A stretch of DNA of 64,000 nucleotides from Clostridia bacterium (GCA_045601365.1 JAZRZN010000096.1:9809-73808); one strand, 5' to 3'. Numbered from the stretch's first letter, positions 1 to 9,479 are shown. Program-made: numbers and translations. Notes: generated by a model from the sequence alone, not told the origin.

Positions 1-44
1 TGTATCACTTTTACAAATGCTTTGTTCACTTACTTGACATTATA

Positions 45-76
45 AAAGAGACGGAAAACCGATTCCCGTCTCTTTT
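45..76 (-). terminator. Candidate rho-independent terminator after the 123..449 gene
   Basis: Perfect 10-bp inverted repeat AAAGAGACGG (45-54) / CCGTCTCTTT (66-75) with an 11-nt loop. On the minus strand the stem runs into TCTTTTAT. It lies about 47 nt past the stop at 123. Confidence 0.5.
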
Positions 77-122
77 CATATTAGTTTTTATGCACTTGAT
101 TTGATTTTTTATCTGCCGTTTT

Positions 123-449
123 TCATTCCCACGAAAGAAGTCCGTTTTCTTCCATGAATGCATCGTGATATTCAAAATACAGCTCGATCAGCTCGGAAAG
201 CTCATCACCGCCAATATCTGACAGCGCGTTTGAAATATGCTCAGCGATAAAATCAAAGGCATCGTCCTCGTCATAGTATTCATCGGTGAATGCGCCGTCC
301 TTTATTATTCCCGCGCTCGCCATATAATCAAGGTCGTATGTCATCGCCAGATTGAACACAGTCTTTGCCGTATCCGCATCTTGTTCCGGGCAATTTTCAT
401 TAAGCATGGCAAGCATGTATTCAAGAGCCTCGTCATTAAATCCCGTCAT
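123..449 (-). CDS. Hypothetical small acidic protein (108 aa), translationally coupled to pepF
   Basis: From the ORF track. ATGA stop/start overlap with pepF at 446-449. Very D/E-rich, with no family motif I recognise. Confidence 0.6.
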   Translation of the reverse strand: MTGFNDEALEYMLAMLNENCPEQDADTAKTVFNLAMTYDLDYMASAGIIKDGAFTDEYYDEDDAFDFIAEHISNALSDIGGDELSELIELYFEYHDAFMEENGLLSWE

Positions 450-2239
450 ACACTCATCATCTCCTCAAATTCGTCAAGTGTTGCATCAAACACCTTCAAA
501 GCATCAGTGACAGTCTCTTTCTTTGAAAGATCGACTCCTGCAAGCTTCAACAATTCAACAGGGAAATCACTTCCGCCGGATGAAAGGAATTTTATATAGC
601 CGTCAACAGCAGGCTGACCCTCGGAAAGTATTTTATCCGCAATAGCCACTGCCGCCGAAAAGCCCGTAGCATACTGATAAACATAATAGCAATTATAAAA
701 ATGCGGTATGCGCGACCATTCGGTCTCAATAAACTTATCGGTGTCGATGACATCGGAATAATACATGCGGTTAAGGTCTCCGTAAAGCTTATTGAGCGCA
801 CTTACGGTAAGACTTTCTCCGTTTTCCGCCATAGTGTGCGCCTTAAGCTCAAATTCGGCAAACATTGTCTGACGGTGTACGGTCGTGCGGAACTGCTCCA
901 GAAAATGGTTGAGCAAATACGCTCTTGATGTCTTATCTGTCGATTTTTTCAGCAGATATTTAAGCAACAGCACTTCGTTTACCGTTGAAGCGACCTCGGC
1001 AACAAATATACGGTATTGCGCCTTTTCATAAGGCAGAGATGTATCCGAAAAATATGTGTGCATCGAATGACCGAGCTCGTGTACCAATGTGAAAACATCA
1101 TCAAGCCGTTCGTGGTAATTGAGCAACATATACGGATGAACACCGTATGCTCCCCACGAATACGCGCCGCTCGTTTTGCCCTTGCTTTCGTAAACGTCTA
1201 TCCAATTTTCGCTGAATGCGCGGTCGAGCAAGCGGATATACTCTTCACCCAACGGTGCAAGTGCGTCTTTTGCAAGCTGCTGTGCGTCGGCATAAGTGTA
1301 CTTTTTTTCGTCGGCTTCTACAACGGGAACATTGATATCGTACATTTTAAGCTCATCGACACCGAGCAGTTTTTTGCGCAATGCGATATAGCGGTGAAGC
1401 TGAGGCAGATCATCATGTACTGCCTCGCAAAGTCCTTCATATACGCTTACCGGGATATTACCTGAAAACAGTTCGCCCTCAAGCACACTGTTGTATTTAC
1501 GCGCACGCGAATAGAATACATCCTTTTTTACGTTTGATGCGTACAGTGCCGCCAGCGTGTTGATACTGTCCGTGTGCGCATTATACATTGATTCATAAGC
1601 CTGTCTGCGAACATTGCGGTCCTTGCTTTGCATAAGCAAACCGTACATTCCGTGCGAAAGCTCTGTGAGTGTTCCGTCAGCCATTTTGACAGGCTCAAAT
1701 TTCATGTCAACGTCGTCAAGCATCGTAAATATCGTATCATAGGAGCTTGCCAATTCTCCTGAGAGCGCAAGCAGACGTTCTTCGGCCTCCGAAAGCAAAT
1801 GTTCCTTATTTCTCACAATAGCCTTAAGAAAAAGTGAGTTATCTTCAAACATCTGTTCATTTGCCCATTCAAGCAGAATAGCATCATCTATGGCATTGAG
1901 TTCAGGTGTCACAAATGCGGTATCGGTTTCAAGCTTTGTAAACAGCGCATATGCGCGGTCGCACATTGCAACACTTGCATCGTTGCCGTTATCCTCGTCA
2001 CGCTTCATTTTTGCGTACACAAACAGCTTTTCAGCCGAAATTGAAACCTCATGGTCAAGCTCAAAAAACTTTTTAAGCTCATTTTTATCGCTTAGCTTGC
2101 CCTTGAATGCGCACATTTGCGGGATCATTTCTTTAATCTTGATAAATTGCTTTTCCCACTCCGCATCACCGTTTATGATGTCGTTCAGATTCCATTTGAA
2201 TTTTTCGTCGATATCCTTGCGTTCCTTCAGTTCGCTCAT
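446..2239 (-). CDS. pepF: Oligoendopeptidase F (M3B metallopeptidase)
   Basis: 597 aa. HEXXH zinc motif in the context VHELGHSMH. Length and overall pattern are typical of PepF. GGAG lies 9 nt upstream of the ATG. Confidence 0.9.
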   Translation of the reverse strand: MSELKERKDIDEKFKWNLNDIINGDAEWEKQFIKIKEMIPQMCAFKGKLSDKNELKKFFELDHEVSISAEKLFVYAKMKRDEDNGNDASVAMCDRAYALFTKLETDTAFVTPELNAIDDAILLEWANEQMFEDNSLFLKAIVRNKEHLLSEAEERLLALSGELASSYDTIFTMLDDVDMKFEPVKMADGTLTELSHGMYGLLMQSKDRNVRRQAYESMYNAHTDSINTLAALYASNVKKDVFYSRARKYNSVLEGELFSGNIPVSVYEGLCEAVHDDLPQLHRYIALRKKLLGVDELKMYDINVPVVEADEKKYTYADAQQLAKDALAPLGEEYIRLLDRAFSENWIDVYESKGKTSGAYSWGAYGVHPYMLLNYHERLDDVFTLVHELGHSMHTYFSDTSLPYEKAQYRIFVAEVASTVNEVLLLKYLLKKSTDKTSRAYLLNHFLEQFRTTVHRQTMFAEFELKAHTMAENGESLTVSALNKLYGDLNRMYYSDVIDTDKFIETEWSRIPHFYNCYYVYQYATGFSAAVAIADKILSEGQPAVDGYIKFLSSGGSDFPVELLKLAGVDLSKKETVTDALKVFDATLDEFEEMMSV

Positions 2240-2256
2240 TGTAATTCGCTCCGGGT

Positions 2257-3609
2257 TTATTTTATTTTGCCGTCACATGCCTTTTCTATCGCCTTTGCTA
2301 TCGAAAGAGCATAGCGGTCAATTTCGTCTATATCGTTGCCCTCAAGCATTACGCGGACAAGCGGTTCGGTGCCGCTTGCACGGATAAGCGTGCGTCCGCG
2401 CCCCTTAAGAGCATCATCAGCCTTTTTGATTTCCGCAAGTACCGATTCATCTGTCTTGAAGAAATTCTTTTTGCTGTTATCGACTTTTATATTTATAAGC
2501 ACCTGCGGAAGATTCTGCATATCTTTCACAAGCTCACTCATTTTAAGCTTTGTAAGCACCTTAGCTCTTAACAGTTGAAGCGCACTCACCATGCCGTCAC
2601 CTGTCGTATTGTATTCAAGGAAAATGACATGTCCGCTTTTTTCACCGCCGATGCTCAGATCCTTTTCAAGCATGCGTTCAAGCACATATCTGTCGCCGAC
2701 AGCGGTCTTTTCAAATTTAAGACCCGCTTTCTGCGTGAATATCTCAAGCCCCATATTGCTCATTACCGTGCCGACGATGGTATCCTGCTTGAGTCTGCCT
2801 TCATTATGAAGCATTCTTCCGCAAGCGGCAAGTACATGGTCGCCGTCAACCTCTACACCGCGCTCATCACAAGCGATAAGACGGTCGGCATCGCCATCGA
2901 ATGCAAGTCCGAGATCGGCACCTGTTTCCTTTACAAGCTCACATATCCTGTCAGAATGCGTTGATCCGCAGTTTTTATTGATATCAGTGCCGTCGGGATG
3001 ATTATAATAAGCAAGCACCTCTGCGCCAAGCTCTTTGAAAAGCACAGGCGCGATCTCGCTTGAAGCGCCGTTTGCGCAATCAACAACTATCTTCATTCCG
3101 TCAAGGCGGACATCTACCGTTGATTCAAGGAAATCGAGATAATCGCGTACCGCGTTATCCATCGTAAATCTGCTGCCGACATCAGTGCCTGTGGGGTGCG
3201 GCATATCACCGTTTTCGATAAGCTCCTGTATTTTGTCTTCTACCGCATCAGGAAGCTTGAATCCCTTGCCGTCGAAAAATTTGATGCCGTTAAACTCTAC
3301 CGAGTTGTGTGAAGCCGAAATCACAACGCCTGCGTCAGCATGATAAAGCCGTGTCAGATAAGCAACTGCCGGTGTGGGAATAACACCGACTATAAGCACA
3401 TCGGCGCCCACGCTCATTATGCCCGCAGAAAGTGCGGCTTCGAGCATGTGACCCGAAATCCTGGTATCGCGCCCGATAAGTATTTTGGGTCTGTTTATTT
3501 CACTTGCAAGCACTGTAGCGCCTGCCTGACCGAGCTTGAATGCAAGCTCCGGTGTAAGCTCACTGTTTGCGACTCCGCGCACGCCGTCTGTTCCGAATAA
3601 TCTTGCCAT
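2257..3609 (-). CDS. glmM: Phosphoglucosamine mutase
   Basis: 450 aa. N-terminus MARLFGTDGVRGVAN, phosphoserine loop SASHNS, and metal loop FDGDADRL. Confidence 0.95.
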   Translation of the reverse strand: MARLFGTDGVRGVANSELTPELAFKLGQAGATVLASEINRPKILIGRDTRISGHMLEAALSAGIMSVGADVLIVGVIPTPAVAYLTRLYHADAGVVISASHNSVEFNGIKFFDGKGFKLPDAVEDKIQELIENGDMPHPTGTDVGSRFTMDNAVRDYLDFLESTVDVRLDGMKIVVDCANGASSEIAPVLFKELGAEVLAYYNHPDGTDINKNCGSTHSDRICELVKETGADLGLAFDGDADRLIACDERGVEVDGDHVLAACGRMLHNEGRLKQDTIVGTVMSNMGLEIFTQKAGLKFEKTAVGDRYVLERMLEKDLSIGGEKSGHVIFLEYNTTGDGMVSALQLLRAKVLTKLKMSELVKDMQNLPQVLINIKVDNSKKNFFKTDESVLAEIKKADDALKGRGRTLIRASGTEPLVRVMLEGNDIDEIDRYALSIAKAIEKACDGKIK

Positions 3610-3704
3610 ATGTAGTATTCTCCTAAACTGTTAATTTATGTATGAAGAAAAAAACCTTCACCAAATAAATTATATCATGTATTGCTTGAAAATGCAACAA
3701 ACAA

Positions 3705-3971
3705 TTAAAGTTTAGCGGCTTTTATCGCAAGGTATTTTTTTCTTGTTGCTATCCCTCCGCGGATATGGCGTTCATCCTTATGCTCTTCAAGAATAAGCTT
3801 GACCGCCGTAAACAGTGTCGGATCGATATGCTCTAAGCGTTCTGTCACATCCTTGTGTACCGTGCTTTTGCTGATGCCGAATTTTTTTGCCGCGCCGCGC
3901 ACGGTATCGCGTGTATCAATGATATAAGCGGCTAATTCCACGGCGCGTTCTTCTATGGAAGAATCAAACAT
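3705..3971 (-). CDS. spoIIID: Sporulation transcriptional regulator SpoIIID
   Basis: HTH core GISKSTVHKDVTERL and C-terminal HIRGGIATRKKY match the SpoIIID pattern. I prefer ATG 3971 (AAAGGAA 8 nt upstream) over the ORF-track start at 4049, which would add a non-conserved 26-aa extension. Confidence 0.85.
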   Translation of the reverse strand: MFDSSIEERAVELAAYIIDTRDTVRGAAKKFGISKSTVHKDVTERLEHIDPTLFTAVKLILEEHKDERHIRGGIATRKKYLAIKAAKL

Positions 3972-4064
3972 AACACCCATTCCTTTCGTTATGCTAAAGC
4001 ATATTCCGAAAAGGAAAGAGTTAGAACTTTTTTCAGGCTGATAGCACAAGTGAGGCGAACTCTC

Positions 4065-7000
4065 TTATGCTATATGTATATACTGCTTCAGAAGAACGGA
4101 ATCCTTTGCGTTTATTACGCCGTCGCCGTTCATATCGGCGGCATCAAAGTCAGGAATACTGCCGCCCTTAAGAAGATATTCACGCAAAACCGATGTATCA
4201 AATGCATCGGCAAGCCCGTCACCGTTTTTCAGCATACTGTAGTTTGCGGGCAAATACAACATATTTGCAAACAGTTCACCGACATATGTACCCGGTGCCA
4301 CGCCGGTTATTTTTGCATCTGCAATATTATATAACGGCGATTCGATGCGTCTGTATGCGGGCATCTGTACGCTCACTTCCGAATATCCCGTAAACGCACC
4401 GCAGTAACGCGCACGAAGCGTGACGGTTTTGCCGAGGTCGTTTTCACCCGGAATATATACAGCACCTGTTGCCGCTGTATTACCGTTGATCAGCCATTCG
4501 AAAACTGCGGGCATCGGCGCGTTTGCGGTAAGCGCCGCACCGATATCCGGTGTGCCGATGATTTCCGCCGATATGTTTTCGGCGGCGGTGAGCATTGACA
4601 CATCAATAGGAACGCTCACAAGCTGAGGATGCAGATAACCGTCCCTGAATGTCCAGATATCCGTAAAATCGAAGTTTCCGAAAGAAGCTCGCTTGACCGA
4701 ATCATTCCATGCAAGCTTCACAGCGTGGCTGTCAGTATCAGCAAAACAGAAGCAATCACTCACCGTGTTGCTTATCGCGGTTGCAACAACAGCACCCGAA
4801 CGAACCGTATTGTAGCTATAGCAGTCCATATCGCCGAAGGTATATGCATGTGCAAGCGTCGCGCCGACGTTATCAAGCGAAGAAATTATGCCCCCGGCAT
4901 AGATCAGACCTAAATCCGAACGGGCATATATATCACCCGCGTTGAAAAGATTTTCAGCCGAAAGCGTACTGTTCGCACTGCCCGAGGCAAACCTGTAACC
5001 GCCTATCAGTCCTCCCGACATAACATTTGAAGCTTCAACGGAAATATTGCCGAAGTTGAAGCATTCCGAAACCGTGCTGTGAGATATACCGCCGGATGCA
5101 GGCGCGAGTGAACCTGCTGGTGAAGCTGCATTCCGAAACCGTGCTGTGAGATATACCGCCGGATGACGCTATTATGCCGATTATTCCGCCTGCATAGGTG
5201 TTACCGCCATTGGTTACCGTTATACTGCCGTAAGATGCTGAATCGGTGACCGACAGCTTGCTTCCCGAAGCGGCAAAGCACATACCGGCTATTCCTCCCG
5301 CGGCGGTGTTGTCGGTGTAACTTTCGATCATGACGCTGCCCGAAAATCCGCATTCGGAAATTCCTGTCACGTCGGAAAGCGTGCATTCATAATACCCCGC
5401 TATTCCCCCGCAGTAAACTATACCGAACAACGGTGAAGCTTTTACTGCGGCATCGGATACTACACCGTGAAGCAGTGTATTCCTTGCATGGCATACAGCC
5501 GAACCTGCACACCCTGATGCCGAAACATTACCCGAAATCTTTATGTCGGTTATCGCCGCACCGTCACATACATTGAACAATGCAGATGAATTACCGCCAA
5601 GTGTGACGGTATATCCGTTACCGATCACCGTTCCGGTGAACGGCTCGTCAATGCTGCCTATCCCGGCAAAATCGGTCACTTCGACATCATTCATAAAATA
5701 GTAACTGTTGTTCGGGAAAAAGCGTGCAGTTTCAAGATTTTTTCCCGAATATATCGGAATATAACCGTCCCCGAGCGAACGTAACAAATCACGTTCGGAA
5801 TAAGAAGCGAACATATTTATATTGTAGTACGCCGAAGCACCGCCATAAGATAATGTTATCTTATTAGGACCGGGCATTAACGTGTCGCGCTGTACCGTAA
5901 AACCGCTCGTAAGCGTTTCAGACGTACCGTCCGTATAAACGACTTTTAGCGAAAGTCCCGATGTTGAAAACGATGTATCGCCTGCAACACATTCCGTCAA
6001 CACGGGAAGTGACGCAATGCTAAGCTCCGCAGGTTTTTTATCGAATACTATCGGGTTACTTTTCAGCTGTGGGTACTTAAATTCACCGTTTGAAGCAAAC
6101 TCCCAAGTATCAGCAAAATCAAATCCCGTAAAATTCGATTTAATGCACATCTGCTCATATGTCAACGGAGTGTCGGAAGCATTCGGAACACTGTGTAAAA
6201 CTGAATTATTCAGGAAAAAACAGTCCGAAGCCGTAAGTTTGTTTTCACCCGCGATACCTCCGCAAGCATTCGTCAACGTTATGATCCCGGCATTATAGCA
6301 ATTGTTGAGTGACAGTGAATGCGATGCCCTTGAAGAAGTACCTCCAACGATACCGCCCAGAATAGCAGTCGTGCTTTCGGAAAAAACAGAACCGAGATTA
6401 AAGCAATCCTCAATTACCGTAACACCGTCTGCTGTCGAGCTTCCGAGTATCCCGCCGCCATACACGCCGTAAGTGACGGTCTTTCCTGTGTTGAAACTAT
6501 TGGAAATCATTATAGTGTTATAATTGAATTGGCATATGTTTGTCCGATAAGTCCCCCTGTATATGCATCCGCGGTTATCTTTGCCGAATTGGAGCATATG
6601 CTTACCGATCCGCCGGTAAGCCGCCCGCAGATGCCGCCGCAATAGCTTTCGGCAATAATGTCGCCATAATTACGGCAGTTTACAAAATCACTGCCGAGAC
6701 TTATACCGCAAAATCCTCCTGCATATGGATCGCATGAAACATCACAGTAATTATTGCAGTTTTCAAAAACGGAATCTCTGCATCCTCCGGCAAACGCGCC
6801 GCAGTACGATGTCGTGATCCGCTCAAACTGTTGGAGCGAAATACGGTCATCAATGCTCCCATACAGCGACATATCCGATATTTTTGCCCCGTATACGAAC
6901 GCAAAAAATCCGCAATAGCTCTTTTTAGTGCCAAGTGCTATATTCTTGACCGAATGCCCGTTCCCGTCAAATGTTCCCGTGAACGGTGACGCGGCTGTAC

Positions 7001-7192
7001 CGATAGGTACCCATTTTTCCGAAAGCACTATATCATTCATGAGCTTGTAACTGCCCGAAAGATCGTTTGCAATGTTTTTAAGATCATTTTCGGTATAAAT
7101 ATACTGTACAGAATCTGCGGCAACGGTCATTATTGATGAAAATATGAATATTACAGTAAACACAATGCACATACATGTATACAGTTTTTCAT
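4065..7192 (-). pseudogene. Frameshifted gene for a large secreted GLUG-repeat surface protein with a C-terminal dockerin
   Basis: ORF-track pieces 6510..7238, 5035..6642 and 4065..5021 are consecutive on one strand, in different frames. Together they read as one protein. It starts with a hydrophobic signal-like N-terminus (IVFTVIFIFSSIMTVAADS). It carries many G-G-[ILF]-x-G (GLUG-type) repeats: GGFCG, GGICG, GGLIG, GGILG, GGIVG, GGIAG, GGIIG. It has FDFxDxW...YPQL segments. It ends in a dockerin-like pair (NGDGLADAFDTSVL / DMNGDGVINAKDSVLLKQYI). Frame breaks lie near 6525 and in 5099-5127. The best start (ATG 7192, with a GGAGG RBS) is also one base out of frame. Confidence 0.7.
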
Positions 7193-7226
7193 TAAATGTG
7201 GCCTCCGCACAAAAATTCGTATTATC

Positions 7227-7255
7227 AGTATACCACATTCGTGCGACAGTTGCAA
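7227..7255 (-). promoter_or_regulatory. Sigma-A-type promoter of the GLUG/dockerin gene
   Basis: On the minus strand: TTGCAA (7255-7250), a 17-nt spacer, then TATACT (7232-7227). The -10 box lies inside the ORF-track start region (ATG 7238), so that ATG is unlikely to be the real start. Confidence 0.5.
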
Positions 7256-7423
7256 GTTTTATTTGATTTGACGGATCCCTTTACGACCTGATGCAGGTTT
7301 TACCGACTGCAATATGCAAACATACAACGCCCTGACGTACAGAATCGGCAGATGATTTGCGATCACTGCCGATTCCGTGTGTTTATTATTATATGCTGAA
7401 GCCAAAATCGCATGGTTTTGGCA

Positions 7424-7473
7424 GAAAAAAAGCATGAAAATGCTTTCCCCCCCTGCCGACGGCGTGTCGGCAG
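7424..7473 (-). terminator. Terminator region after the Gfo/Idh/MocA gene (two hairpins)
   Basis: A GC hairpin CTGCCGAC-GGCGT-GTCGGCAG (7453-7473) sits 15 nt past the stop. A second hairpin AAGCAT-TTTC-ATGCTT (7430-7445, minus-strand sense) follows and runs into a T-run (plus-strand A-run 7425-7429). Confidence 0.5.
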
Positions 7474-7487
7474 TTATTCAGCAGATA

Positions 7488-8756
7488 TTATTTATGTACT
7501 TTTACCGTGATGCCTCCTGCAAGGCGTGATTCTTCGGCACTTATACCGATAAGATGACTTTCGACCGATTCCTCAAGTGATGTCACATTTTGTTTTTTGC
7601 CGGTAAGGATCCCGTAAAGCTCGCTGACGAGCTTTTCATCGCCGCCGCCGTGATTGTGTCCTTTTTCTACAAGCGTATTTAACTCAAGTATTTCGGGTTT
7701 TTCGCCATAACGGCGAATTTCAAGAGTGTTGCTGCGTTCGTCAAGAAGAAGCTCTCCGAGCGTACCGAAAAGATTGATCCTGCGTCCGCCGCACTCGGCA
7801 AAAAACATTTTAAGTGTTGCCTTTACTCCGTTTGCAAACTGCATTTGAACCATTTGGTTGTCAACAACATGTTCATTGCCTTCGTTTGCGCATCTGAATA
7901 CACATTTGCCGAAATACGATGTTCTTATCCCGTCGTAGAGTTCTTTTTCGGTAGTCGGCATTTTGAGTGATACCTTGTTGAACGGCCATATGAATTTCGG
8001 TTCACCAAGTTCATGCCAGCGGTCGATATATATTCGTTTTGCACTGTACGGACACGATTCGATTTTCGGGCAATCAAGACAGTATTCGGTCGAATCCTCG
8101 GGTGCCTGCTCTTTTCTGAAAAATCGGAGATCGCCGACGGAGCTTACATATTCGCACTTCGCTCCGGCATAGCTTTGGACAAGGTCAAGATCATGACTGC
8201 ACTTTGCCAGAATTATCGGATGTCCGTCATGATTATGCGCCGACTGTATACGGACATACGCCTGCGCAAAATGCCAATAATATACGCGTTCCATGGCATC
8301 TATCGTCATAAGCTGTCCTATTGTTCCGGCTTCAAGCAACTCCTTGAGTTTAACAAATGCCGCACCGTAACGCAATTCATGGCACACTGCTACTTTGCGT
8401 CCCGTCGCCTTTTGCACGGCAAGTATTTCTTCTATCTCTTCCCTTGAATCACTTATCGGCTTTTCAAGCAGAATATCATAACCGAGCTTCATGGCATAAA
8501 CGCACTGACGGACATGATCCTTATCGCATGTCGCTATCACCATAACATCTCCGCGTTTTGTGCTGAAAAATTCCCGTTCGCTTTCGAACAGCTTATCATC
8601 AGCCAAGCCAAGAAGCCGTTTGCACTTTTCAAGCTGTTTTGGATTGGTATCACATATCGCGCTGATCTCAAATTCATCTTTACGTTTCTGCATCAATTCT
8701 GCGAACATTGATCCGCGGTTGCCTGCGCCGAGTATAGTTACTGCAAATTTTTTCAT
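7488..8756 (-). CDS. Gfo/Idh/MocA family oxidoreductase
   Basis: 422 aa. N-terminal Rossmann motif ILGAGNRG and the family EKP motif (LLEKPIS). Confidence 0.85.
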   Translation of the reverse strand: MKKFAVTILGAGNRGSMFAELMQKRKDEFEISAICDTNPKQLEKCKRLLGLADDKLFESEREFFSTKRGDVMVIATCDKDHVRQCVYAMKLGYDILLEKPISDSREEIEEILAVQKATGRKVAVCHELRYGAAFVKLKELLEAGTIGQLMTIDAMERVYYWHFAQAYVRIQSAHNHDGHPIILAKCSHDLDLVQSYAGAKCEYVSSVGDLRFFRKEQAPEDSTEYCLDCPKIESCPYSAKRIYIDRWHELGEPKFIWPFNKVSLKMPTTEKELYDGIRTSYFGKCVFRCANEGNEHVVDNQMVQMQFANGVKATLKMFFAECGGRRINLFGTLGELLLDERSNTLEIRRYGEKPEILELNTLVEKGHNHGGGDEKLVSELYGILTGKKQNVTSLEESVESHLIGISAEESRLAGGITVKVHK

Positions 8757-8902
8757 TTTCTTTCTCCCGTATCTTTTATTGATATGCGTTAATTATACCA
8801 TATCGGCTATGATAATTCCATGTACTTTACGATTACTTTTTTGTACTTTTTGATATAAAACGATGTCTGCTGAATAACTGTCGGCATTTTGCTGCACTTG
8901 CC

Positions 8903-8932
8903 AAAAAGCAATGCCGCCCAAACGGGCGGCAT
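8903..8932 (-). terminator. Rho-independent terminator after the Cys-Asp repeat gene
   Basis: On the minus strand: ATGCCGCCC-GTTT-GGGCGGCAT (8932-8911) followed by TGCTTTTT. It begins about 20 nt past the stop at 8954. Confidence 0.7.
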
Positions 8933-8953
8933 AAATGCTTCATTTTAAGAAAA

Positions 8954-9433
8954 TCATTCTGCGGATTCCAGCTTAGTGCCACAGTTCGGGCATACAAGCT
9001 CGTCATCTTCAAAATCACCTGAGAACGATACGGTTTCACCGCAATTCGGGCATTTGTACTCCTCATACTCAAACTCATCGTCGCAATCACAATCGCAATC
9101 ACAATCGCAGTCACAATCACAATCGCAATCGCAGTCACAATCACAATCACAATCACAATCACAGTCGCAACCGCATCCGCATCCGCACTTGCATCCGTCA
9201 CCGCACTCATCGTCGTCATAAAGCTCTTCTTCAACATCAAGCAAATCGTTGTCAAGCTCCTCAACATACTCATTAAGCTCGGTTATCTCATCATTCATAT
9301 CGCTGATTTCATCGGCAATAACATTGAGTGTGTCAACAATAGCAAGCAGAAGCTTTCCCTCGGCAGTGTCCTTTGAAATGCTGAGACCTTCCGCAAGTCC
9401 CTTAAGATATTCAACTTTCTTTTCTACTGACAT
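8954..9433 (-). CDS. CD1247-like protein: helical N-domain, (Cys-Asp)14 tract, C-terminal zinc ribbon
   Basis: 159 aa. The N-terminus MSVEKKVEYLKGLAEGLSI is followed by an acidic helical region. Then comes CKCGCGCG(CD)14, then CPNCG...17 residues...CPNCG. It sits directly upstream of efp in transcription order. Confidence 0.75.
   Translation of the reverse strand: MSVEKKVEYLKGLAEGLSISKDTAEGKLLLAIVDTLNVIADEISDMNDEITELNEYVEELDNDLLDVEEELYDDDECGDGCKCGCGCGCDCDCDCDCDCDCDCDCDCDCDCDCDCDCDDEFEYEEYKCPNCGETVSFSGDFEDDELVCPNCGTKLESAE
9080..9187 (-). repeat. In-frame hexanucleotide microsatellite (TGY-GAY)n encoding alternating Cys-X dipeptides
   Basis: Plus strand 9080-9163 is 14 units of (GTC/ATC)(GCA/ACA), which is (Cys-Asp)14 on the minus strand. 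Units encoding CG CG CG CK extend it to 9187. Confidence 0.95.
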
Positions 9434-9479
9434 TATACTACTCCATTCCGCCGCGGAAAATATCCAAACGGCAATTTAA

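Noticed and set aside
4065-7238. Treating 6510..7238, 5035..6642 and 4065..5021 as three separate genes
   Set aside because: The pieces overlap or abut in different frames, the second and third lack RBS or plausible starts, and the repeat pattern continues seamlessly across the junctions. They are better explained as one disrupted gene.
7341-7473. Possible REP-like family of CTGCCGRC-containing hairpins (7342-7376, 7453-7473, and also 28488-28517)
   Set aside because: There are only three loosely similar intergenic hairpins in 64 kb, and two are adequately explained as terminator or 3'-end structures. That is too few copies to call a repeat family without a genome-wide search.
9080-9187. Microsatellite as a non-coding simple repeat or assembly artefact
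   Set aside because: It lies in frame within an ORF that has conserved-looking N- and C-terminal domains, and codon usage alternates between synonymous TGT/TGC and GAT/GAC. I treat it as coding, although its exact length still needs read support.
8833-9273. ORF-track entries 8833..9273 (-) and 8976..9221 (+) with (IV/IA)n and (SQ)n repeats
   Set aside because: These are alternative-frame and opposite-strand readings of the same (TGY GAY)n microsatellite. The frame giving (Cys-Asp)n is the only one with a proper start, an RBS context, a zinc ribbon and a terminator.
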